NCBI RefSeq assembly: GCF_004010195.1
Contig: NC_057750.1
Coordinates: 19,641,260 to 19,684,966 of the forward strand
Reading direction: 5' to 3'
Length of the DNA: 43,707 bases
Source of the DNA: Chiloscyllium plagiosum
Taxonomy: Eukaryota
The notes under the pieces were generated by a model that had not been told where the DNA came from, searched no databases, and was given only the letters and a program-made list of their open reading frames with translations. Shown here in pieces: positions 11,616-22,189 of the stretch. The position numbers were made by a program, and so were the translations under genes. Each line of letters starts with the position of its first letter. Positions within the stretch are counted from its first letter, which is position 1.

Positions 11616-12100
11616 TTATTATTTTTAATACTCTGTAATAACATTCTGTTTCTCACTTTCTTCTTCAATGTACGCTTTTTGACGCAACTGCTTTAGTTTT
11701 TCATTTTCTGTTGTAATTCAGCTAGCTTCTTTGAAATAAACATATCTTTGTCCTCCACCTGTTCTTGTTTTGTCTCAATCATGTAATCAAAGATACTTTC
11801 TGATAATTGAACTTCAACTTCCTTAACTTTCCTCTTTGATTCCACCTCCTGTTGTAACCTATGGCTTTGTTACCACACAGTCAGGAAAAACACCAGGATA
11901 TACTTCATGTAACAGCTCAGTTGTCTGATTTTCCACTGGCTTTTCAACCACAGTAGGCATCTCCCTGCGATATCATTGCCAAAGATAAACTGTACTTTCA
12001 GAACCACGAATTTCTCTATCACTGCTACCACCAGTTTTGACCAGAATCTCCAACCACACTTTATATCATGGAAGACTGCTTTTTCACCCCGAGTTTCACT

Positions 12101-12117
12101 CACTCACTCTCTCTCTT

Positions 12118-12152
<35 letters not shown>

Positions 12153-12175
12153 TTCACACACACACACGCACACAC
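12101..12175. repeat. (CT)n-(CA)n compound microsatellite
   Basis: Direct inspection. Confidence 0.9.
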
Positions 12176-15079
12176 CACATGCCTCATCAGTACTTGCCAT
12201 GACTTGTCTCTCATAACCCCACATTCCTCTGTCCATCCCCATAGCAATTTCAAGACCCATTTCCAATCTATGCATATTTGCCTATTTTTCATGGTCCTTT
12301 GTAGTCTCTATCCCAACTTACTGGCTCAACCATTCGCCAGACCATGAAAGTCAACTCACTAATATCGATCATGGGCTGACCTCAGGAATCATGAAAAATG
12401 AGATAAAGTAAAGTTATATAAAAATAAGTGATTAGTGTTTATTTTGCAAATTTATTATATTGAGAAAAGCTCTCGTGCCACACTAATCCAGTAAACTCTC
12501 AGCCTTCTGTCAATTGAGTGAAATGGCAACAATTGTCTTTTTAATACTGTACTGTTAATAAAGTGCAACAGGGATAAATCCCCAGACAGTGTTAACATTT
12601 CCAATGCGGTTTGACAGTTTGAATTTATCGTTGACGGTTCATTGACATCTCAACAATTCTTCAACAGCTTTGACCATTCTTTCATGTGCAATTATAAACA
12701 CGTTCATGTGCAGTGTTAACAATCCCAAAAGGCACCTGACCTCTTCCAAAGGGAATGTATCACTTCCTAAGGTGTCCTGGGACCACATCCTTTTGACTTC
12801 AAAAGGTTACGCTGTCTCTCCAAATGAATTCTCAACTTTAGATCTGTTTCTACCATGTTTAACTTGTACACTTTAAGGTTTAGATACCTATTCCTCCCAA
12901 ATCACATGACTAGAGGCTGCTGATGATTTATATGAGCAGTTTCCTTCAGGAAAACTGATTGCACAGTTTAGAACACATCCCTATTCCACCCACCACACTC
13001 CCAACTTCCCACAAAAGCAGCAAAGGCTGGCTTTAATGGTGGGATTCTGAATTCAGACATGATCATGTGACTGAAGAGCTTACCTATGTGAAAATTCAGG
13101 CCTCGGTCTCTAAAACATCTGGCAAGTCTCCAATACAAACAAAGCAGTACAAAATGGTGAATCTAAAACTACTGTGTATCAGATTGTGATGGATATTCTC
13201 AAATGGGACAGACGGTTACTGGAATCCTAGAGATCAGATCAGACCAACCTCCCAAACGTTGCACATTGTTTTATTTCTTCAAATAAAAGAACACAACTAA
13301 TTTAGTGACGATCCTCTTCATACAGTTAACAGGTTTGTGTAATAAAGAAGACACAATACCTTCGTTGAAACAGAAGGAGATGAGGAGAGATGTTTTTGAT
13401 GGTGGCACAGCTGATGGTGGCCGATATATTGTGAGGCATGAGCCATTGAATGTAGAGGCTGGTGGGGTGGATGATGAGCAGGGCCAGTGCGAGGGTATTT
13501 TCTAGCCTAGATGAGCCTTCAGCACAGGTAATCTTTGTACTGGAGAAATGCCAACTTCCGACTTTGCACACAATGTGAAGCAATAGATAGTTGCTTCTAA
13601 GTTGAGAACTCAAATTATCCGCTGTATGAACACATCCAAGGAATGAGCAGGGCTGTGAATCAAAGCTCTGTTAGTTAAGCTCCAGTTACAGTTATTTATG
13701 GAAGTAATACAAGAAAGTTTGCATGACTTGGAGGTGCCGGTGTTGCGTTGGTGTGGACAAAGTTAGAAATCACATAACACCAGCTTATAGTCCAACAGGT
13801 TTATTTGGAAACACTAGCTTTTGGAATACCGGTCCTTCCTCAGGTGTTTGCAGTAGATTTTCAGTAATCCTTAAAAACAACTCCCTGACCAGATCAGAAG
13901 TATTTTCTTTACTCATACATATGGTGTGGGCGTCGATGGCTAGGCCAGCATTTGTTGACTGCCCCTTCCTTTAATTTCAAAAATATACTTAATTCATAAA
14001 AATATCGTTATATACCTACATAGTCATTGGAACAGTTTGTTCCTGTGCAGTCTTTGCATATTGAGAGCAAACAGTGGAAGTTTGACTCCTGACAGTTCCA
14101 ACAAACCAAAGAGCTTTCCTTTGTTATGCAACATATTATTTACATATATTTGAGGCACCAGGAGTGTCCGATAACTGAATGGATACCAATTGCAGAAAAA
14201 CAGTGGTCTTTCCTGACTGTGACTTGGCGACAGCTGCCCCAAACATCCATACGTCCTCAGCAAGTAGTTCTGAACCTTGGAATGTACCAATCTACAACAC
14301 TCTATTGAGGACATCACGGAAGAAACAACACATTTTGGGAAGACCAAAGAGCATCTTTCACCAATTTGATTTTCTTGTGGTGCAGTTGATGTTTGTCTCA
14401 GTGTGTGCCCTGGGGAACAGACCATAGAGCACAGAGTCCCACGTCTCGGAGTAGCTCGGAATGAATCTTGACAAAAACCACTGCATTGTTCTGCAGATAC
14501 ATTGCAGCAGGAGATTCTTTTCCCTGTATTTTGTACCAAAATATATGTGACAATAAATAATTAAATCAAAATGAGATGTGTGACAGTCTCTAATGTCTCA
14601 CATTCACATCAAGGGCAACATGTGATGGTGCATAGAGTCCGGGTATATGTGAGGGATCTCACAGGTGCTGCTTTTCTCAGAGACAGCCAAACGATGTCAT
14701 ACAAAGTTCTGGTAATGAGGCATTCTGCTGCAAGTCTTTGACAATCTGCTCAGGGAACAACCCGACATGATCCACCTCTCCTTTTCCCACAGGGTCTCGA
14801 GGACGCTACATGCTGACCACTTCCCGATGGACATGGGGCCCAGTGAATCATCATAGAATCCTCATATTGTGGAAGCAGGCTATTCAGCCCATCAAATCCA
14901 CAACGACTCTCCAAAGAAACATCCCACCCAGACCCACTGCCCTACTCCTGTATCAGTGCATTTCCCTAGCTAACCCATCTCGCCTGCATATCCCTGGATG
15001 CTATGGGGTAATTTAGCATGCACCTAACCTGCACATCTTTCGACTGTGGGAGGAAACTCATACAGACACAGGGAGAACC

Positions 15080-15760
15080 CACCCTCCACTTCCGGCACCT
15101 TCCGTTGCCTCCACAAGAGGTGCAAAACCTGCGCCCACACCTCTACCCTCACCTATGACAAAGGCTACACATCTGACAGAAATTTTCCTGGACTTCCACA
15201 CACGTCATTAACTGTGACCATTGCTCTCGATGTGGTCTCCTGTACATTGGGGAGAAAGGATGTCAACTTGCAGAATGTTTCAGAGAACATTTCTGGGACA
15301 TACACACGACTCACCCCCACTGCCCTGTGGTCGAACACTTCGATTTCCCCCTCTTACTCCGCCAAGGACATGCAACTCCTTAGCCTCCTCCATCGCCACT
15401 CCCGAACCAACCGACGCCTGGATGACGATCGCCTTTTCTTCCACCTTGGGACCCTCCAACTGTACGGGATCAATGTTGATTTTACCAGTTTCCTCATTTC
15501 CCTTCCCCCACCTTATCTCTGATCCAATCTTCTAACTCAGCACTGCCCTCTTGAACTGTCCTACCTGTCCATCTCCCTTCCCAACTTTCTGCTCCATCCT
15601 ATTCTACCATCACCCCAACTTCATCTACCTATTGCATTTCCTCCAGCCCTAACCCCCCTCCCATTTATCTCTCAGCCCACTTGGGCCAACCCCCCCCAAT
15701 TCCTGATGAAGAGTTTATGCTCAAAACGTCAACTCTCCTGCTCCTTCAATGTTGCTTTTT
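15080..15760 (+). mobile_element. Penelope-like element 3' part (GIY-YIG endonuclease remnant and pLTR), splitting a minus-strand SINE (about 14850-15078 and 15778-15870)
   Basis: FRCLHKRCKTC ... FHLGTLQLYGINVDF, then a pyrimidine-rich 3' region and a CTGATGA hammerhead-type motif at 15703. acagggag occurs on both sides. Confidence 0.75.
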
Positions 15761-16039
15761 TAGCACTAGCCTTTTTGACAGGGAGGATGTGCAAACTCCA
15801 AACAGACAGTCACCCCAGGGTGGAATCGAAGCCTGGCCCCTGGTGCTGTGAGGCAGCAGTGCTAACCACTGAACTATTAGACCGGTCCAAGATGGTTTTA
15901 TCTGCATATTTCTCCACGAAGGACAGATGATACGGAAAGGTCCAACTGCTTAGAGGCCAATGCATCCCTTTGCCACACTGGTGACAGTAGACCCTCAGTA
16001 GCTGGTGTTTGCGTACTGATGTAGCCATTAGGATGAATC

Positions 16040-16245
16040 AAAAAGCTGTGGTGCTGGAAAAAGCACAGTTGGTCAGTCAGCATCCAAGGAATAGGAGAGT
16101 CAACGTTTCAAGCATAAGCTCCCATTCCTGATGAAGATGCCTGAACATCAACTCTCCTGCTCCCCAAATGCTGCTGACCCACTGTGCTTTCCCAGCACCA
16201 CATGTTTTGTCTCTAATCTCCAGCATCTGCAGTCCTTGCTTTTTC
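16040..16245. mobile_element. Penelope-like inverted terminal repeat remnant
   Basis: gctggaaaaagcacag..ggtcag.cagcat followed by its reverse complement atgctgctgaccc.ctgtgctttcccagc, and a ...ctccagcatctgcagtc end. Confidence 0.7.
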
Positions 16246-19233
16246 CTCGGCCATTAGGATGAGGGCAGTGCTGGGTACATTTTTTCCCCCTACCCCCGCC
16301 TTCCCAGAGCTTTGTCCTTGGTGTCCCCGTGGACACAATCCACCTTACGTCTCAAACTAAGTGGAAAGTGGCTCAGGTGACTGCAACGGCACAGGTTTGG
16401 GGAATGGGCCAGACCTGCACCACATACATCAACTGAGAAAGTGCCTCAAAACTGATGACCGGGCAGTGGAGTGGGAGTGAAGCTGTTGGTGTGGAGCAGT
16501 CAGATCCAAATACGGATTCCCTCTCCAAAGTCTATTTTGGAGTGCACATCTCTCATGTAGGTGTGTGATATCCTGTCAAAGGCCCTCTCCTGATCCAGAC
16601 TGATGAGGCAGAAAGGACTACTACCACCACCACCACCACTCCATCCTTGCACGTAGGAGATCATATCCCCGAGGGTCTCAGAGATCATCCTGTTCGGTAC
16701 AGCGCCAGTTTGGTCAGGGTGAAGCTCTGATCCTACAGCAGACCTGACCTGGTTGGTGATGACCTGAATCAGGATTTTGTAATCTGCAGTCAGCAGTGAA
16801 ACCAGTCACCAATTTCTGATTTCCCTGATGTCCCCCTTTTCACTTGTAGACGAGATACATTTCCTTATGGATTCACTCTGGCCGGAAGCATACTGTCGTA
16901 CCCCTCCAGCAGGTCCTGGCCTAAACAAGTTCCACAGAACAGAATACAAGTCGGCCAGTAAGCCATCCTTTCCAGAAGTGTTAATCTTTTCAAAGGACTC
17001 AAGAGGTCAACTCATCTGGAGATAATGGCTGGGCCACCCTCTCCTACATGATATTGCCTAAGGTCTCTATGACAGAGGATTGAAATGCATGGGAGACTGC
17101 TCTGCCTGTGAGCTTCATGTCATTTAATTTGGCGTAAATGGAGTTGTTGATCCTCAGGATGTCACAGTGAGATGACGCTGCTAATGACCAAATATGGGGC
17201 TGACGCTGATTGTTTAGAATTCGGGTTTCTTCCCATCCAACGCTCACCCTTCCAAAGTCTTCCACCTGAGGCAACCATCTCGTTTGCCCAGTGGCAGCAC
17301 CTACTTTGACGGTGAGCAGAATGGGAACATTATTGTTGTTCCAGGAGACCAATAAAGTAACAGTGCTGGTGTTTGAATAGACACTATTTAGGGCTCTGCC
17401 AGCGATTTTATTACAGAATCCCTACAGTGTAGAAACAAGCCCTTTGGCTCAACAAGTCAACACCAATCCAGAAAATAATTGGAAACAATTGGTTTCCTCA
17501 TCTGAGCAAGCATGTTGGAAATGGAGAAACTGGGAAAATGGAATAGTCCTCACATGAAGCTGCACGGTGATATCACTAGTCCCTATCATACTTCTCATTA
17601 TCTCCTTCCAATCATTTATGCGTAATGGCTCACTCTAACTATAATATCTATTCCTGCAGAACTAGCCTTTTCACTATTATATTTGTTTCCGGCCCATTTG
17701 CCAATAACACGTCATATAGAGAAACGTAAGAATGATGGCTACATGCGCAGGCTCTGAGCCACGTCACAGTCAATAGTGGAGAGAGATAGAGAGAAGCTTG
17801 ATGGAAAGCAGTGACACAGACAACATAGTTCACAATCAGCTTCCTATAAGGACTCCAATTCATTTTCATCACATCTGTTCCAGAAACGTGGAAGCATTGA
17901 AAGTCGGATCCGGAGTAGGACATCTGGCCCTTCAAACTTGCTCTATCACTCAATATGACCATGGCTGATCATCCAACTCAGTACCTTTGATTGCTTTGGC
18001 CCTAATAACAATATCTAATTATAACTTATTGAAAACATTCAATGTTTTGGCCTAAACTGCTTTCTGCAGCAGAAATTCCATAGGTTCACCCTTCTTTGGG
18101 TGGAAATCTCTCTTAGTCCTCATGCTAAATGGCCTTCCCTGATTCTGGAACCTTCCACACCAATGCTTCAATGTGACTTCACTTCCCCAAGGAGGATTCC
18201 TTGATTGTTAGAGACACCAGTCTCATCCATTCCATTATCAATACTTCTGCTCTCACCCATTTCTCTCTCTCTCTCAGAGGCTTTGCACTTTAATCTGCCA
18301 GAAGAGAACCATGTCTCTTCCCAATCTTCATTATAGGAATTTTTTGCAAATCTTGGTAATGACATTGTTTTCTGGCAAATTGATGGTCATCCATATTTTC
18401 AATGCTGGTCAATCACTATACATTCATCTTTTGATGTTGAATGAGAAACCAATAGAATTTGATGATTGTATCATTGAGTTGATGTGGAAGACTGTGTGAA
18501 TTGTTTTGTTCTCTGACGGAAATCATGTAAATCTTGTGTACCACTGGTACAGGCCTTATATTCGAACTGTCATCTTCTTCATATCTCTTGAGAGTATGAG
18601 GTTACAGAGTTCTGTGGATGCCAGACAATATAACCAATGCCCATTCACTCATCCTGTTAATTTTCAACCCAGATGAAGCCACTTGCTTGCTCTTCCTCTA
18701 TGGATGCATTTACACCTTGGTAGCTTTTCTGTTAGGTTGACTGGATATCTTTCTACAGCCTGTAATCACTTCCCATTTTACATTGAACTGCATATTTGCT
18801 GTTCTTTCACAAAGACCCTGTTCTAGATCATGTGGTACACATTGGTCTTCTCAGTTGGCTGGGAAATTGCTGCAAGAATTTGCAGAGGGAAATCTGAGGT
18901 TTCTACCTCTGTATCTATTTTTACTCTTTTAGTATTTGTGCATCTTTAAATTAACGAACCATAGTGATTACTGGTAAGTAATTACACATTTGCACCATTA
19001 CACATTTCATTCCTGTGAAGCCAGAGTTAACATCTCCATGAGGTGTATGAAAATCTGTGCTTTTGCTCAGCCTGGAATTAATTAAGTTGGTTTTCATATC
19101 AACTTTCACTTGAGTTGATATGGTGTACTTCAGTCTGTGTACATGTGTGTCCATCTATCAGATGACCTCTCAACACTGTCTGTTTTTGTTTGTTCAATTA
19201 TTCATTTCTGATCAATACTTTGACTGCATTTTA

Positions 19234-19332
19234 TTCCTGGAATCGGTCATGATGAAGTTTGGAATGTTTACTCAAAAATGAATTCTGTTTACAGACATGA
19301 CAGGATTGGGGATAACTCAGTTAATTATTAAT
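19234..19332 (+). promoter_or_regulatory. Candidate liver/cytokine-responsive cis-regulatory cluster upstream of the C1s-like start codon
   Basis: GAS/STAT palindrome TTCCTGGAA (19234-42), two forkhead TGTTTAC sites (19265-71, 19286-92) and HNF1-like GTTAATTATTAAT (19320-32) within 100 bp, about 450 bp before the ATG. Motif match only. Confidence 0.4.
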
Positions 19333-19775
19333 CAAACTCCTGCTTTAAGTCAGCCCTAAAATAAAGTTAAAAATCACACACAACAACAGGTTATAATCAA
19401 ACAGGTTTATTTGGAAGCACTACATTTTTAGAAATTTAAAACTTTTAGAATCACTAAATTCACCTGGAGAACACGAGCCGCCCACTTCTTGAACTTGGAT
19501 TTAATTATCCCATCACAACTTTATGGATGAAGGTACAATCAGAATTGTTCATATTGTCGCAGACTTTCAGAGCTGGGCCAGATGAGTGAAGCTTGGCTCA
19601 ATAGCTGTGGGATACCAATGTGTGTCTCTACACAGTACGTGAGGAGACTGCCAAATAACCTTAGATCCCAGGGAGCAAGAGTCCATTTTGAACACACGCA
19701 AGCAAATCAATTCATGTTGTCTCACTGTGAGGAAGAGACGCTTGCTGAAATACCTGCACTACTGTGTGTTTTAAA

Positions 19776-19792
19776 ATGCCAATGGAAATGTG
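19776..19792 (+). CDS. C1S: C1s-like complement protease, first coding mini-exon (M-W; 5' boundary of the exon unknown)
   Basis: ATG CCA ATG GAA ATG TG|GTGAGT: three in-frame ATGs (19776, 19782, 19788) and a consensus donor at 19793. The phase-2 TG joins G21190 to make Trp, giving [15 protein letters not shown], comparable to the human C1s start MWCIVLFSLL. Confidence 0.75.
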
Positions 19793-20369
19793 GTGAGTAA
19801 GAATGAAAGAGGGAAAAAGAGAAAGAAAGAAAAAGGGAGAGAGCAAAAGTAAAGATGAAAGATAGCATTAAAAAGTTTGAGTTTCTATCATTGTCCTAAC
19901 TGAACCAACGGGCTATGCAGATTCACGTTCTAAAATATGTTTAATCACTGTTGCTATGTGGAAAATGTGGTAGGCAATTTGTATATAGCAAGATTCCACA
20001 ATTAGGAATCTGACCAGGTAATCCGTATTTTCTCATGATCATACTTGAGTTTTAAATATTGGCCTCAGGCACTGTGCCATATTCCCTTCTATGCCTCAAA
20101 TATTGTCATGAGATTTTTTATGTCTGGATGAAGAACAGATCTGGTGTCAGTTTAATGCTTCAGCTAAAAGCTGGCACATCTGACATTGCAGCACTCCCTC
20201 AGTCGGGCACTCCAACAATACAGCACTCCCTCAATACTGACTCACTGACAGTGCAGCACTCCCTCAGTCGGGCACTCCAACAATGCAGCATTCCCTCAGT
20301 ACTGACTCACTGACAGTGAAACACTCCCTCAGTATTGACTCACTGGCAGTGCAGCACTTCCTCAGTGTT

Positions 20370-20676
20370 GGACGGCACGGTGGCATAATGGTTAGCACTG
20401 CTGCCTCACAGCGCCAGAGATCTAGGTTCAATTCCCGACTCAGACGACTGACTGTGTGGGGTTTGCACATTCTCCCTGTGTCTGCGTGGGTTTCCTTCGG
20501 GTGCTCCGGTTTCGTCCCACAGTCCAAAGATGTGCAGGTCAGGTGAATTGGCCATGCTAAATTGCCCGTAGTGTTAGGTGAAGTGGTAAATGTAGGGGTA
20601 TGGTTGGGTTGCGCTTCGGCAGGTCAGTGTGAACTTGTTGGCCTGAAGGGCCTATTTCCACACTGTAAATAGTCTA
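20370..20676 (+). mobile_element. Full-length HE1-like tRNA-derived SINE
   Basis: Pol III box A TGGCATAATGG (20381-91), box B GGTTCAATTCC (20425-35), central core and LINE-type tail. Confidence 0.9.
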
Positions 20677-20679
20677 GAC

Positions 20680-20990
20680 TAGATTAGATTACTTACAGTG
20701 TGGAAACAGGCCCTTCGGCCCAACAAGTCCACACCGCCCCGCCGAAGCGTAACCCACCCATACCCCTACATTTACCCCTTACCTAACACTACGGGCAATT
20801 TAGCATGGCCAATTCACCTAACCTGCACATCTTTGGACTGTGGGAGGAAACCGGAGCACCCAGAGGAAACCCACGCAGACACGGGGAGAACGTGCAAACT
20901 CCACACAGTCAGTCGCCTGAGGCGGGAATTGAACCCGGGTCTCAGGCGCTGTGAGGCAGCAGTGCTAACCACTGCGCCACCGTGCCGCCC
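20680..20990 (-). mobile_element. Full-length HE1-like SINE, tail-to-tail with the previous copy
   Basis: Reverse complement GGGCGGCACGGTGGCGCAGTGGTTAGCACTG...GGGTTCAATTCCC...; (TAATC)n tail. Nearly identical to 42010-42329. Confidence 0.92.
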
Positions 20991-21189
20991 AGTGGTTAGC
21001 ACTGTACTGACAGTGCAGCACTCCCTCAGTATTGACTCACTGACAGTGCAGCACTCCCTCATTACTGACTCACTGACATCAAATCACTAGCAACTAATAG
21101 ACAACAAGAAAAACTATTTGTGTCCTCAACATTCAGTACAATCACTTTGTGTGTATCTCTGTCTATCTCTTTCTCCTCTGCTTCTTTAG

Positions 21190-21406
21190 GATAATTGTGT
21201 CGCTCCTTCTCATGCGCCCGGCTTTCTGCAGCAATTCCCTGGATGGTTTCCATGGCCAGTTCACATCTTTCAATTATCCCCAAGGCTACCCTGATAATGT
21301 GCAGCAGAGCTGGGATATCCAAGTTCCTAGGGGCTATGGCATCAAACTCTACTTCAGCCACATCAATATTGAGCCATCAGCCAACTGTGCACATGACTCT
21401 GTGCAG
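21190..21406 (+). CDS. C1S: C1s-like exon: signal peptide and N-terminal half of CUB1
   Basis: Pyrimidine tract plus TAG (AG at 21188-89). Encodes (W)[72 protein letters not shown]. Donor CAG|GTAAC, phase 0. Confidence 0.93.
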
Positions 21407-21429
21407 GTAACCCATTTAGCTGAGAACAG

Positions 21430-22010
21430 CCTTTATTGTCATGTGCACTCGAATCAATGCAATGTAAAGTTTGTAATGTCACCCCTTGATGCCATCTTAT
21501 GTACAGAACACCTAGATACAGATACTTTAAGTGTCGTTGCACATTTGAAAGAGCGAAAAAAGACTAATACCGGATTACAGTGCTTAAGAGTCCAGAATAA
21601 GAATAAAATGTGTCTTTACAGTACTCAGGTTATACTCATTTTCCAACAGGAGTCTGTGCCCACTGGGCTTCAGAACACAAGGCCATGCTGCCTCTATGTT
21701 CTGGCCTCAGTCCCCGACTCTCTCTGTTACCTGCTCCGGGACGTGACCATGACTCGCTCAGTTCCCAGCTCTGGGATTTGGCCCGCACTTACTCTGCTTC
21801 CCACTCCGGGACTCAGCCTGCACTCGCTCTGTTCCCCGCTCCAGGACTCAGCTCACACTTTCTCTGCTTCCCGCTCCGGTACTCAGCCCACACTCTCTCT
21901 GCACCCTGTTACGATACTCGGCTCACTCTCTCTCTGCTCTCCACTCTGGGACTTGGCCTGCACTCGCACTCTTTCCCGCTCCAGGACTCGGCCCAAGCTT
22001 GTCCATAGAG
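21430..22010 (-). mobile_element. Short element related to 4321-7003, with a different degenerate tandem repeat
   Basis: agccttt.ttgtca...aatgtcacc...gccatctta resembles 4336-4420. Followed by ~34-bp ggactcagcc...ctctgcttcccgct repeats (about 21700-21995). Confidence 0.45.
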
Positions 22011-22189
22011 AGCACAAATTGCCAAATTGTTAATACAGTCCTAGTTGAAGTGATGAACATGAATTTAGTTGCCAGTTTTTCCTCCTAACAATAAGATAAC
22101 TTGCTTGCCTATCCTTATATTTATTACTGCGACAAGTCTAAATTCTTGGTAATAATCTCTTTGTTTTTATAATGTACATCTCTATTACT

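Larger units (their letters stand above)
2605..12100 (-). mobile_element. Degenerate Gmr1-like Ty3/Gypsy LTR retrotransposon, interrupted by nested insertions
   Basis: Reading the minus strand: protease-region FIFGNDIAG (~11975) and xFPDCVVT (~11880); integrase HHCC finger (GHLGVRK...RHT at ~7000-7125, continuing CQIIGKP at ~4300); integrase core LTIIDVSTRFPE (4188); C-terminal ARFSGP...VNYLI...CHVNML (~3460-3570); polypurine tract 2954-2968 next to the LTR start TG at 2953. Confidence 0.8.
13972..17050 (-). mobile_element. Fragmented Tx1-clade LINE (different from the 1-2.5 kb family) with nested SINE and Penelope insertions
   Basis: RT motif LISLDQERAFDRISHTYM (ORF 16500-16688), VGLFPEQIVK (~14740), C-terminal ECCRLVHSKVQNYLLR (~14250-14300) and an A/T-rich 3' end near 13975. 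Confidence 0.7.
20180..21080. repeat. 33-bp satellite (GTGCAGCACTCCCTCAGTACTGACTCACTGACA-like), interrupted by two SINEs
   Basis: Tandem units at about 20180-20367 and 21005-21078. Confidence 0.85.

Noticed and set aside
12180..13700. Possible DNA-transposon remnants or exons of an upstream gene
   Set aside because: No recognisable domain, terminal repeats or consistent splice-bounded ORF found by eye.
17050..19200. Possible hAT-type transposase remnant or non-coding first exon
   Set aside because: Only vague peptide resemblance. It cannot be supported without a profile search or transcript data.
20370..20445. tRNA gene
   Set aside because: A and B boxes continue into a SINE core and LINE-type tail, and multiple dispersed copies occur in the window.
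21149..22033. 294-aa ORF as a single-exon novel protein
   Set aside because: Only 21190-21406 is CUB-like and bounded by splice sites. The rest is read-through into repeat-derived intron sequence.
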